Both the position numbers and the translations under genes were made by a program. A stretch of 64,000 nucleotides of DNA from Pelomyxa schiedti (lineage: Eukaryota > Protista > Evosea), in the NCBI GenBank assembly GCA_020536535.1, contig JAHLWZ010000791.1:1-64000 (forward strand). Reading direction: 5' to 3'. The notes under the pieces are model-generated. The model was given only the letters and a program-made list of their open reading frames with translations, was not told where the DNA came from and did not search any database. This document shows, one piece after another, positions 25,435 to 39,300 of the stretch; the stretch's first letter is position 1; every line of letters starts with the position of its first letter.

Positions 25435-25445
25435 TTAAGCCCACA

Positions 25446-26216
25446 CAGACGGCAGGCGTGTGTTGTAGTTATTACTGAAAAACGGTGTGGTGGGGGGCTT
25501 CTAGTGTACCGTGAGTGGCGTGGTTGTATGTGCGGTGTGTTGCTGACCAGAGGCGGTTTTGTGACGGTCTGGGTCTTCTCCCCGGTGTTTATGGAGGGTG
25601 GTGTATGTGATTGGGAGGGATCACAGCTTCCAAGTCAATCTTCGATTGAGTTGGAAGACCAACGTTCCTAGTGGCGGATTTAGTGGTGTTCGGGGTGTTA
25701 GGAGTGACATTCAGAGTCTTCGGGGAGTTTAACCGGAGTTCCTTGCGGATTGCGGCATTGTGGCGGCATGTGTTGAGGATGTGCTTGACCGATTCCGGGG
25801 AATTGCAGCCGTGCCGGCATGTTGAAGCAATGAGGAGGATGTGGTACAGGCGGTTGTTCAGGGGCTTCATGCCGGTTGCAATTTGGAGAGCAAGGTTCCG
25901 CAGGGTTGGAGGGATTCCCTTGGTGTTGAGATTCTTAACCAGGTTCATCCAGTGAGCCGGTGTTGGTTTCTCTATCATTGTGGTCCGAAGCTTGTGGCGC
26001 AGGGATTTTCCTGGGGTTCGTCCAGGATTGCCCTGTAAATGTCAGTAGGGTTCCTGAGGGTTGGTGGAATCTTCTCATTGAACGCGTGGATTATCTGCAG
26101 TGGGGAGGTTCTTTGGGTCCGTGCAGTTTGGGTGCCTGACGGCTGACACAGCGGTGGCAACATTCCACCATGCCATGTCCAGCAGGGGGTGGCAAAGCCC
26201 CATCTGCTGTGAGCGT
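25446..26216 (-). mobile_element. 5'-truncated non-LTR retrotransposon fragment, copy B
   Basis: PTDIYRAIL, WMNLVKNL...LRNLALQIATGMKPLNNRL...CRHGCNSPESVKHILNTC (zf-RVT-like CCHC), homologous to copy A. Confidence 0.85.
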
Positions 26217-26246
26217 TAACCACTATACTACGGAGTTAAGCCCACA
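26217..26246 (-). repeat. Putative target-site duplication: tRNA-Gln nt 3-21 plus TGTGGGCTTAA
   Basis: 26217-26235 matches 19062-19080 at 18/19 nt. GTTAAGCCCACA occurs at both 26235-26246 and 25434-25445. Confidence 0.75.
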
Positions 26247-26620
26247 TGTCGGGCATTTTTTATACTGGGATTGGGGAGTGTATGGTGGCTGCTACGGTGT
26301 GGTGTTGGGTTATTTGGTTTGCGCAATGCTTTGTTTGTTTTGGGTTGTGTTTGTTTTTTGTTGTGTGTTTGGCTTGACGGCGATTTGGCGGTTACTGGTT
26401 ATACTGATTTAATTGTAGGTGGGGCTGCAGTTATTGGTTTGTTCATGGCGGGTCATATTGCTGGTTTCTTGGGAGGACAACGGCTGCTTTTTGGACAATC
26501 CCAAAGCCGAACGAACCTCCACTCGCGCTAATTCCTGCGAGAGTGTTGAGGTGTGGTAATTGTAGAGTCCGACGAGGGTTTTGGCTGCTGTCTTAGCAGA
26601 GTCCGGCGAAAGTGCCACAG
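26247..26620 (-). mobile_element. Short 3' fragment of the same non-LTR family, copy C
   Basis: SPDSAKTAAKTLVGLYNYHTSTL..; the DNA at about 26408-26610 aligns with about 22040-22243 of copy A. Confidence 0.8.
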
Positions 26621-26749
26621 CCTACCAACAGCCCTCAGCTTCTATACGGGAAGTACTGTCATCCTACATCTAAGGCACAGACTAAGGTCCTGGAAGTACC
26701 ACACCACGGCACGGCATATGTACTTGGCTTGGTTTTTTTTTTTTTTTAT

Positions 26750-27083
26750 CTCTTGCGTGCCAGTTGGGGGTAGTAGTGGCAGTGGTAGTGGCAGTGGCAG
26801 TGGCAGTAGACACCGGAGGTTCTCTCCCACACGAAGGAGGCGCGGCCGAGGTAGTTGTGCCTGGCACTGGCACTGGCACTACCGCCGAGCTGCGAGGTAC
26901 GAGAGGGCGCACAGGGACCGCCCCCGGCGTCGGCGCACGCCAGGCACACCGTGTGCCGGCACGTGTAGGGCAACGGGACGGACCAGGCCCACCAGTACCG
27001 AGGGGCCCCCCCGAGCACGACGACGAGTCGCACACGCCGCACCACACCGTCTCCTCCTACGTATCGTGTTCTTCCTGTTGCAT
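26750..27083 (-). pseudogene. Probable decayed RING-finger gene
   Basis: MQQEEHDT*EETVWCGVCD, then after a frameshift VPLPYTCRHTVCLAC; RING ligands are split over two frames. Confidence 0.45.
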
Positions 27084-27313
27084 CTTCAGCGAACGAATGT
27101 CCCACTGGCGGCTAGTCCATGCAATGTTTCTGAAAGATGTTACGCATGTCACCCCTGTCACCCACGTAAGGATCTTCTGGACCACGTGTTGGGAGCGCCA
27201 CCGGGAGAGAATAGGTTACCCCACCAACTTGGAAGTTCGGAAAACCCAAAACAAACGCGAAAATCAAGAGTTGAACTCCAACAAAATCAAACAACACCAC
27301 ACCCCACAGCTGG

Positions 27314-30300
27314 ATGAGCGGGGCTGGTGACGCACGGGTGCCGGAACAGCGACAATCACCTTCCATGTCCCAACAGATCTCCACGTCCGCGACATCGATG
27401 CCAATGCCGCCGTTGCCGTTTTCGCCTATGTCTACGAGAACGACGGCGTCGTGCTTTTCTCCCCTGCCGCCACCCGCGCAGATCGCGATACCTAGAACTA
27501 CGTCGCCGCCGACGGGAGCGCGGCCGGTGTCGCCGCCTTCGTCTCAGCAGCGAAGGACGAATGTGACCGGGAGTGGACTGCTTGGAACTGGGGCCACGAC
27601 AGCAGCGCCGACGACCGCGACGCCGCAGCAAGTGGAGGCGCTGAGGAAGGCTTTTTCCTGTCTGGAGGGTTACATAAACCAGCTCTCTGTGTTTATGGCT
27701 CATCGCGAGTGGACGTCGCGCGAGATGGTGTACTCCACGCAAACGGTGCAGGCATTTGAACAGTTTGTGAAGCTCGCGGAGAGTGGCAATGAACCAAACT
27801 TGGTGGACTATGCACACAGGATTGTTCGCTCCCTATACTCGGCGGTGGAGAAGTTGAATCCAAAGAGAGTGTCTGAGATATTTCCGTTTCTCATTGTTCT
27901 TGTTCTCAGTGCCCTCTCGTATTTATCGTTTCCTTTTGATTTCAAACCAATGAAAATGCAAGAGTAATTGAGAAACTGGATCATAAAAAAGAACCGGTAT
28001 GCACACTGGATAAGTTGTTTGCTATCATACATCGTCAAGCTCTGAAAGTTTCCTCAAGTGATGATGTTTCAAGAAAGGAGTCTGCCATCTTATCTGTATT
28101 GAAATTTTCCTGCTATTTCCCTCGATTAATTCCTTCCCCCTATAAACAAAAGGCTATAAGCAAGTACGATGGCAGTTCTGTTTTTGCCAAACTTGGTGAA
28201 CTCTTGGAAAGTAGGTTATCATCTAAAGTTCACCTTCAGGTAAAACCCTGAACTTGTCATCAGTAACTTCCCTTAACATCACAGGCATCCTTTGAAATGT
28301 CTCTACGTTTATTGTACATGGGATTTCACCTTGTTGTGAAAGATGAGTCCTCTGAACAAGTCAGTGAAAATTTTGTCGTTCTACCATTCATGAATCCATA
28401 AGGTTGTTGAAAATTGGAAATCCTCCATCAAATTTATTGGGCGACACTCATTCACAACAATTAGAGATATATTTTTTTCGTACATTTCAAATTTATCAAA
28501 AAAACCCTGTAACAACAAGTAGGCCACTTGTCTTGTGCTCAAGAATTTCACTCTCCACACCTTATTCCGTCTCCTTGGCTGTATTACATGGGCTATTGGA
28601 GACCACAAAAAACGAGTCCCACAACTGCAAAATATCTGTGGAACAGCAACTTTCTCATATGTCTCAAGTACCGGCATTGGTGTATTGGACCTGTCCAGCT
28701 AAGTTCAAAATTCCTCATGATGACATCAATGCCATCCAGGTAGGCTTTCTCTTAGTTGTGCACTCAAATTTCTACTTACTGCATTAGGAACTATCAGAGA
28801 TACTACGAGGTTCTTTTAACCATTTTTTCAGGTGTTTTAACACACCCAACAGCATTTTTGGATGTATCATGCCCAAGGGACAGGAGTAGTGTCTTGCTGC
28901 CCTTATTTGTGGAATGGTGGTATTGGCTGCTGGGGATCGTTCAAGAGGTCTCCAATGAAGAACAGTAAACCTATTTGTGGGACTTTTTTTGTATCAGAAT
29001 AATCACATTCTATAGAAATAAATTCCTCTTGACAAAGTCTTTTTCTGAGGTGTCTGTTTATTATTGAATATTTTAATTTCTATTTCTGCTCACACATTCT
29101 CAGAGATCAATACACTGTGGCGTAACCAGACTACAGCAAGAGCTTACCAAAAAGGGGGCTTCTGTGACCACTTTTTTTGATGAATCTCTCAGATACTACG
29201 TAAAGACTACAACCATTTCAATTGAAGATGTCCCAAAGTTGTCCAACCTAAATTGTACAATGATTTATTTCAGTGTAGAATTCCAACAACTTACATGGAT
29301 TTGGCTACTATTTCAACCTTGCTAGAACACCAATTTGAATCTCTTTCGATCCAGCAATCAGCGCAACTAATCGAGCATTATGCAACCTTGCTATCTGCTA
29401 GTCCTCCTTTCAAGGTGTTATTTAGGCCCTTGGGTATTGTTTTATCAAGTGCTAATAGGTGAGGGATTCAATTTGTTCTTGTAGTTTTTCATTTTCCCAC
29501 AAGGTTTATTGAAGCACTTTCAATACCATTTTTCTGTCCTTGTTATGCACACTTTTTTGATCCCTTTAATGAGGCACAATTTATTTTTACAAAGACCCAC
29601 TTGTTGAAAGAGGTACTCCAAGTTTCATTTGTCACTCACTTACTTTTCTTTTCTTTTAGGTACCAATGCGTTCGTTTCAGGAGATTGCAACTGCCCTCTT
29701 AAACGAAGCTAATCCAGAAAAGGACAGCAATACTTTGCACCAGCTTATTCTTCGGTCTTTGGGTACGACACCCTTCTTTTCCAGTGTTTTAACTTACATC
29801 TGCACTTTAGCCTCCATGTTTATACGGTATGATCTAAGCATAGTAGGCTGATCCAAGGTTGACTCATTGTCAGGACGGAAGTACCCCCTGAAAAGCCTAT
29901 TCCTACGCAACTTGATTCTTTGGGGAACTGGTTTCACAGTCAAGTCTCACAAATCCCTCAAGTCAAAAACACTACACTCTTTTTTGCCACATTGATGGAG
30001 TGCCTGAGGACAAGATGTGATTTATCACGAAGTGATGTATTACACCTATCTCAGGATGTTTTGCCCTTGATTGCAGAGGAAGTGGCAAGCACCCACAAAT
30101 TTGCATTAAGCTATGCATCGTACAGACAACAAGTATACCTCAAGACTGTAAAACGTGCAACTCATTCCTTCAGATTCTTGAAAAAATACAAGTTCCCATT
30201 GAGGAACTTTGTGAGAAACATCTCACAAAGCAGACACTGGATTCTCTTTGCGCACATCAGTAATCAGAAACTTATCAGTGTCTCTTTTCAATGTTACATT

Positions 30301-33300
30301 AGGTCTAAGCACAACATGTCTCAGTATGACCAACTCGGAATCATAACCTCCAGTCTTTTCCCATCATTTACATTTCGACCTGCAAAACAACTTTATGAAG
30401 CCTTTATACTTTGTAAAGAACAGCTGGAACTGTTAAACCTTGTTCGCAGCTGGCTCATACAACAAGCAAGAATTCAAGTCAAGAACCTTACCACAGAACC
30501 CAATGTAGTTGTCCACTTCCACTCTACAAATCTTAACTAAATAGGTGGACTCTGGATACCTCGATGAACTGGAGACAGCTGTGGACCAGTACAGAACGAT
30601 ATTCTCTGGACTGGACCCCCTCCACCTGGATATGGTTTCCACCCATGCTTATGGTTTCTCTTCTCAACATTTAGCACTATTTTGTAGATGAAGTTCTTTC
30701 TTCCCAAAAGCAATACACTCTTCGAGGAGATTGTTAAAGAAAAACTAGAAGAGCATTTGGTACTTAGCTATTTTCTTTGGTCATTGCTGCTACCCTCATA
30801 CTTTAGGAAATGGATCTGGAACAATTTTCTATGGTGTTATCGGAGGTCTATTCCACTATGGAAAACCTGATTACGGGCATATCTCTGTTTTCTAAGGTTG
30901 TCTCTTGAGTTGTAAGGCACTTGTAATGGAGTTTCAGGTTAAGCATTTACTGCAGGCTGTAACAATCAAAAAAATTAAAACCCCCATTGTTCAGGAAGTG
31001 TATGTTTCTGTTTGTGTGGAAGTCTTAAGAAATTGAATCAGGCAACAATATTTTTCCTTATGTGGGAAAAACTATGAGGCTGTATCCCATTATTTGCAAG
31101 ATGGGCTCATTCTTGTGCAATATCTTGATCATATACCTGCTGTCACAAACTGCTGTAATCAGTTTTCGATTTGCTGTGCTTCCGCAGATAATCTCGGAGG
31201 GATGGTTCATAACCTTGACCATCAGTCTGTATGTCTTGCATCATAAAAGTTTTGCTCTCATCTTAATATGAGAAAGATACCTCTCAACAGATGCTCGGGT
31301 GTGCTGAAGGGACTACGAGAAGAGGTTTGTTGAATCTCACTTTTTCCCCACAAATGAAAATACCCAGATTTTCGACTTGACACCTGACCACCTCTCGTTT
31401 TTCCGTACTCTCAGTATTTCCGGTGATGTTGTTCAATGGTTCAAGGTGTTTCATTCTAGCCTCTGTAAACCATCCAATAACGTAAACAGACCTTTGAGGT
31501 ATCACAATTCCAGCAGAAGTCTGTTCTTGTACGTGGGACCACACATGGGTTGAGCTTCCGACTTGTCTTTTGCGTCCTGATACATCTTTAGCTGGAAATT
31601 TGGGCAAGATTTACAAATATGTGTGGAGAATTCCTACACTGCGTTACATGGCTTTGTTGAAATGTGTTCCACTCCCGATTCTGAACGCATGCTCCTCTGT
31701 GATCTCTGCAATACCTTGAAAAAAGTTTTTGAGAGGAACACTGTGGAAGACGTGGTTTTTAATGTTCGAGCTGTCTTTGAAAATTTGCCACAAATCAAGT
31801 TGATGTATTCTGGAACTGCTCTTAATCTTGACGCTTTATTACCTTGTATATCTCTTTCATAGATGTGAAAGCTCAACTTGAAACAGATATAACGAAACTC
31901 CGACAAGATGGGCAGTACCAAAGTTGTTTGTCACTCAACCCCAAGGGGGAATCACTTGTCATGCTATTGCATGAGCAGAACACTATTCAAGAGTTGTCAC
32001 ACTCATTCCTTATGAACCTCATTAGAGCTTCTAAAATATTCATTACCGGTGCTGGTGAGTGCTTCAGCACTTTTCTATCCTTTCATAATTATTTTCAAGA
32101 CGAAAGAGACCACACGAATGTGGGAGAATTTGTGCAAATCTTCACTTGGGTGGAGGTTGTGAAGTTACTTGCACTTTTCAAATTTTTACATATGAAAGGA
32201 AATGCATAGAATTCGACTGAAATTGGAAGCCAAAGGACATCCAGCATTTCAAGGGATTTCTACCATACTCAACAAACTTGGTGAAATCAACAAAGTGGAC
32301 TTCTTCCACAATTTGTATTTGCAGGTCACACTCCCCGTCTTCCTCTCTGTCTTAACCACTAAAAGATGGAGCAAACATTGCAACAATGGAAGTCGGCTCT
32401 AAAGGACGTTTACCAAGTACTTATTCATAAGACACACTGTTTTCCTTATTGAACCTTAGAAAGCACCTCGCTTAAATTTTGTCACTGCCAAGCAACTTTC
32501 TTCTTTTGGACAAATTCTGAGCACAGTGGTTGAGCTTCCTTCTGTGGAAGATGTTCATTTGACATCAATAGCTGCCTATCTTCAGACTTGTTTTCCAGAC
32601 GTGAACCAAATCACCCTTGGATCTGTCCGTCAAGCTGTTAAAGCTTCTTCAGAAGGTTTTGGTGAACACCCTAAAGTCTGGGATGCCATTTCCATGCTGA
32701 AGCTTGTACTGCTATGTGTTAACCAATTTGGCAGTAATGTGAAAGTAGTTCCCCGAGAAGAGGTGCATGAAGTGTCAGTAATACTTGCAGAACAATTCAC
32801 TCCATGTGGTCTAATGTATCTGCTGTTTGACCTTTTTGCAAGCAAACCATATCACCCATCTCTCGTGCTTGATGGGAAAACTGCTACAAAATCAGATGTT
32901 AAACGCCTTCTTTCATGCATTGCTACTTTCAAGGACTTATGTTTTGCTGTTGTGGGCTTGAATCAAATGACAGAAGAACTGAGGAAGAGGATATATCAAT
33001 GGTCGATTGTGACAGCGCAACAAGAAAACCCTAAGATTGCCCAAGTTTTCTTGATATTTACAACCAAGGTTGGCATTGATGTATTCTTTTCTTGGGATAC
33101 CAAGCAGCAAGAAGCAGTAGTTGAACAAGTTAAAACCAAGCTGCTGGGGCACAGTCTTACCCCAGAAAAGCTTCTTGGGGATAAAATTAGTATTGCAGTC
33201 TACACTGATGGTGCAAGATGTGGAAAAAGTACAGAGATTAGACATGTGATGTCAGAGTACGCACGAAACCATCCTGGGACTGAAACACTCACCTTCAGTG

Positions 33301-36300
33301 TAAACGAAGGCTGGGCAGTGTGTGATGTGATTAAGAAGTTTGACAGTTTCTTACCCAAGATTTCCGAAAACGGCACAGTGCAAGTCCACTTAGATATTTC
33401 TGCATATGCAGACTTCCATGCTGTTTCTTCATTTTTATATAATCTCCTACTTTGGAAAGTTATCCACGACAGTCGAACAGGCTGCATTTGGCCACTGCAG
33501 AATAAAACCTGCCGATGGAATTTCTATATTGAACTTGCCTTAGCACCTCCAAGTGATGCACAAGTCGGTTGTGGCTTCTCCAGCATCAAGGATCTCCTTG
33601 ATAACATTCCAATATTGTGCCACCTCCACCAAAATAACCCCACATCCCCCTTGAGCTACATCGAAGATGACAATTCAGTGGTTGTAGCTCGATTCCTCAA
33701 AGCTAAGGAGGAACACACCATGCAAGACTACAACACGTTTCTCACGTTCCTTCAATCCAATGTGCCAGTTGATACTGGTATTCACCTCTCAAGGTTTCGA
33801 CAGGAACATCAGATGCTTCAACAAATTCAATTGTTTCATCATTGCATAGGATTGCTGGCAGAGCGATGCCGTTGGTTACACCAGTTTGTGGAAAGACGTG
33901 TTCAGCAGGGACCAACAGACGGTTTGGTCAGTCTCCCAGAGCTATTTACTTTATTTGAAAAAGAAAGTACTCAGCTTTGCACACTGTCTCTTGACTGTGA
34001 AAATCAACTTCTCATTGTCAGACAACAAAATTTGAGTGATGTAGTCAAGCCCTGTGTGTTTGGGCTTGAACCAGGGAAAATCCCACTGGATGCTACCACA
34101 GGGATTACTCGACTGAACCACATGAACCAAAATCAACTCATAACCAAGCTCTCTGAGGTTTTTGGAATACATGACCTTACCGCAATACTGGAGCAGCAAA
34201 AATATATCCTAACACCCGATTTTGCGCTGAAACTGCTGCTAATACATGACCACTATAAGTGTGGCCAAAATCTCGTCCTATCTGGGGGGACGGGTGTGGG
34301 GAAGAGTGAATTACTCAATATTTTCAGTGTACTCATCAATGCCTCAGGAGACATTATCCCTAATATGACCTCCATCGTTCACAACATCCTTGTTGAGGTA
34401 GTAGATCTACTACCACCTTCAGAAGAAATTGAGGGATATAAAGCCACGCTCAGAAGCGCCAGCTTCCATCTTACATCTGCAGAACTGAAGAGTATTTTGG
34501 GGCAAATCTGTAGCCTGTCCGCCTCTAAGACTTCTCACAAGCACTCAACACTTTTCCCCCTAGTTGCATCACACCTTGTTGGCAGAATTAAGGACGCACT
34601 TGGGCAAATTAAAATCATACAGCGTACCAACCTTATGAACAGGGTTCTGGGCAAGTCTTTCAAGCAACCAACCGATTTCCATATAGAAGACAAAGAGGAG
34701 TATATCGTAAGTAACAAAAAAGAGCTCACCCAACTGATGACTGAATTTCTGGAGTCAAGATTCGAGTCAATTTTTACGAGAATCAAAATGCACCAGCGAA
34801 TTTCTGCCGATGAATTTAGAATGAAGATCAACAAAGCAAAGGAAATGGCGCTGCGACTCCCCAACCGCGGAAGAGTAATCTGTTTCATTGATGAGTGTAC
34901 TTCAACAAATATCCTTGGCATGGTTAAGAATGTCCTCTGCGATTCACAGCTCGATGGCGACCCTATACCACCACAGGTGTGGTTTGTTGCCGCATTGAAT
35001 AGAAACGATGAAGTAACACGGACTGCAAATCTTAAACATGTCTTTGATTTTGTTGGAGTTCCATCAGAACTGGAACAAGCTTTTGCTGTAAGGCCACCTC
35101 CTTTGGCTCTTGAACAGTTTATTGTGGATTTTGGGAAACTGTCCCAGTCGCAACAAGATAGCTTCACGCGGGGCATTATCATGACAAGGATAAAAAGTTG
35201 CACCCAAGACTCTCAGCTGGAAATAGCGGAATTGATTCTAATGTCACAGCGTTTTGTCAATGAAGCTGGAATTCACCGGGTTACTGCCAGCATTCGTGAC
35301 ATTGTTCGCAGCATTTCCTTGTACAATTACTTTCTGGAACATGACTTCTTTTTATGGCAAAAGGGCCTTCCCACACAAGAGTTGTACCCCACTGATCCCA
35401 ATTACAAAAGACGATTAGAAGACTTCAACAGGCACAAGCACTGGCAATCTCTAGTGGGCATCCTTTCTTTTTTTTTTCTGTTTCTAACTCCAAACAAGGC
35501 ATTATCTCTTGCCCTGTCGTACTATTTTAGACTACCATCAGAGGACTTTGCTAGTCAAATTGTTTCAACTCTTCCCTCCGATGGTACCCATCGTGAAAAG
35601 CTCGCAGCTTGGACCCGTGAGCAGTATACAGAGAAACTAGAAACATTTCTAAACACAGCTCCATTTGCCAATGTGCCATTGTATCTGTTTAGATTCGAAG
35701 ATTTTGTTATGTCAGCATTGTGTCAGTTGTGTGATAACACCAAACTCCCCGAGGGAATTGCCAAAACGAAAGCATTCATGGAAAATCTGTTTTGCAATGT
35801 TGTGTGCTTGGATGCCATGCTCCCACTAGTCATTGTGGGCCCACCGTATGTCAATCTCTAAATCTTAAGCTTCTCATTGAGCATAAACAGTGGGTGTTCC
35901 AAGACTCTGAGTTTCAAGGTTGCCGTTGACAACATGAAAGGGGATACGTCAATCAGCTCTTTTTACAGAAAACTGAGCCATATTTTACCCTTCAGGTGGA
36001 TTTTATTCCTCATAAGTAGAGCCTTCTCACAATATTTCTAGATACCAGTGCAGTGAGCGTTCAACCGACACAGAAATCAAAGCAGTGTATAAATCCGCTA
36101 TAGAAAGACAGAAAACATTGGCACGGAATTCTAAACAGCTATGTGCAGTTCTTCTGGATGAAGTTGGTTTACCCGATGAAAAGCATTCTCCTTTAAAGGT
36201 TGTTAACCCTAAAATTCCTTGAAGTCACCATTGTGGTTCCAGATTCTGCACTACAAATTGGATCATCCTAAAGTTTCGTCAATTCTGCTGTCCAACAAGA

Positions 36301-39300
36301 TTCTGGATGAAGCTAAAACCAACAGGACGTTAATGCTTCTACAGAGTGAGCCACCTCCTCGTGACTTGGAGACTCTTGCTCACGGTATCAGATCCCATTT
36401 AAGAGGATGTGTTGTGTTTCACACTTAGACCAGGTTGTATATTTGGTAATGATACCGACATCGCAGATTTATCCAAAGAGTTTCTCAGAGCGTTATGCAT
36501 TGCATACAAGGAGGTGACCCTCAAAAATTTTGGCCCTCAATATCCTTCACGATTCTTCCACCTTCGTGACTTTGTGTACTTCCTGCGGTTTTTGAGAAAG
36601 CACTCCGTGGTTCCGCGTGGTGGTACCCCCATCTTCCATCTATCACGCGAAGTGGTATTGCATGGTCTCAAACGTAATTTTGGAGGACTGGAACAAACTC
36701 ACTTTGGGGACCTGGTGAAACTGTTCTTTGAGAAAATCAACACTGCACTGTCCAAGTTTCGTGAACCATTATGGGACATTTCTGAATCAGGGCCAAAAAC
36801 TACCGAAATTCAAATGATCAAAGAGAGTTTAGCTGAACGATTACTCGATTCAGAGGACCCTAACACTGCACCTTTCCGCTATATTATGCTTGTATGCACT
36901 CATTTTTACGTTTGAACGCTAATACTCCAAGTTGGATCCAACGGAGAATGAAGTTGCTATTTCGCTTCTGTTTGACCTCAAATTATGTGAACGTGAAAAA
37001 ACTTCCATTTGTTATGTTGGTGATTTTCCAGCTGATCATGATCAGAGAGTGAAGGCTGCTATAATAGAAAAAGTTAAAACAGCAATGGAAAAAGGTAACT
37101 TGGTTTGCCTGTTGGAAAAAAATAATTTTCTACCAAGGGGAAACTATTCTCCTCGTGAATTCCACAAGCATTCACAGGTAATTCCTTATTTTTGAGATTT
37201 CTTTTAATGGTTTCTAGTTCCTTTTATGATGTATTCAACCGACACTACACCATAATTCCACGAGGTCAAAATAATTTAAGCAAGGATTCCAACACCCCAA
37301 GCTCTCGTTGCTGCTATGCTAATATTGCTGCTGGATCTTTTTCACAACCTTGCCTTGTTCATGACAATTTTCGTTTAATTGTTCACGTGCCCAAGTCACA
37401 TCTGAAATCCCTGCCTGCCCCTTTACTCAACAGATTCGAAAAGTACACTTTGGGAATGGATGATGCCTTACATGAAAGTATCTCTAGCTTCAAACTCCAC
37501 CCCCTTCAAATCAGTGGAAGCTATGAACACCCTTTCACAGTATTGAAAAATGGAGCCATACACATGATAAATGAACTGCATTTTAAGGCCACCAATTCAC
37601 TTCTCTTTTATGGAGTTCATCCAACAGAGACAGTGAGCTCGTTGATACTAAACACTATTGATTATACAAACAAACAGTTAGAGAAGTACAAGTTGGAGAC
37701 GCAAGTACCAACTGATAGGGACCAACATGATCCACAGGAGTTGAATCCAAACTCAGTTGTACCCCAGTTTCCCCCTATCCTTGGTTCTGCATCGCAATCA
37801 AAGCTCACTTTTGCTGAACCTGAACACTGGGAGACTGGTATTAGAGACTACATCAGAAAAATCAACTTTCACTTGTTGAAGCTCGCAAGACCCGAATCAA
37901 TGCACTTCTGCAAACAGATTCCTAGAGTCTACCTAGAGGAGTATCTACTTTCTCAGGAACACTTCTCTATATACCGGTTCCTGGAGCAACTCCTACAAGC
38001 TTTTAAGAGTGACTCCTGTGAGTATGCCCTGAGATGGTGTATATTTACTCGGACAAGTGCAGAGTTACTCAAACTGCCAAATGATGAACAGTTTTGTACT
38101 GTCTTGACTGAGTTGGTGGGAAAGGGAACAGCACAAGGATTATTACAGATATTAACTCTTTCAGAAATTTCATCCAGTAAACAGTGCAGTGATATGATAC
38201 ACACGTTCTGTGATTCAGAGAAGACTGTCCTGCTTTGCATTGCTGATCTCACCAGTGTAACCTCCAATCAGATTAATTTTGCTCGCAATGAGATAAATGA
38301 ATGTTGGAAAGCCCTCCCTCATCCTCGAATTGCGTTAATGTTGCTGCACTACCCACCAGAGATGGGTATCAAACCTGAAAGTTCCTACCATGCTATATTT
38401 CGCAATGGATGGGATTTTATGTACATTGACTCACTTGGCATTGCCCCGGGAACAGCACAAATCAAAGCACATCCAGAGGCCAATCCACGTCTGTGGCTTG
38501 CAAAAGCATATCGACTTCAAAACAAAAAACGTACTGGTAATGAGGAAGCAAACGAAGTCATTGCCTTTCAGGAATCCTTCTTTGACCTTCTAAAGCAATT
38601 TTGTGGCTGTATGGTTGGCAATGGATTGGTGGGAGCTGCTGGTCTTGATGGTGATTCTAAAGTATTCTATGACAAGAAGACTTTTGTCATGGGACGTGCT
38701 GGTGGTGCAACCCGGTTTAGAATTCTTCACAAGTTGTTGACAGAGCACCGTCTACTCTATGAAGGCCTCTTAGAGCAGTTGAGTCGATCATGGACTTCTG
38801 AGTTCCTTCACAAACTGATATGTGATGTTAGCACAGAGCTCTACCGTGGTTCATCTGCTTTGAGTTTCGTCAGTATCTTCAGCAATTCTTTCAACCAATT
38901 TTTGATCCCGCTTATTCAATCTTGGCTTAAAATGCTTTTGTCCTCTTATGGGCTGTACCCCGTTATGTGCATTTTTTCTTTGGACAAGGAAGTTTCATCC
39001 AAGCTTATGGAATTGGTGCACCTTGTTTATAAAACCATAGTTGTGCCTCAATTAGATAAAAAACTCCTCTCAAGGCAGCTGACACCAACACTGAGTATAT
39101 CCCGAGTATTTGAAGTTCCTTCAGAACTCCCCTTCTTTGATTCCATTTCACAAATGTTAATGGTTCATGTTACCCGCGCTGCCAATACTCTTCAAAGGAC
39201 TAAGCTTACTCAACAAACTTTATATGACAAAGCCATCGAAGTCATTAAGCAGAACACCGCTCTTCATAGTGTTGTTGAGCACATCAATAATAATAGAGTA

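Noticed and set aside
26636-26660. CTATACGGGAAG as the 5' target-site copy of element C
   Set aside because: Match to CTATACTACGGAG is too short and gapped to support.
26769-26808. (GTGGCA/GTGGTA)n hexamer repeat
   Set aside because: Ordinary microsatellite, probably a former Thr/Ala tract of the decayed gene.
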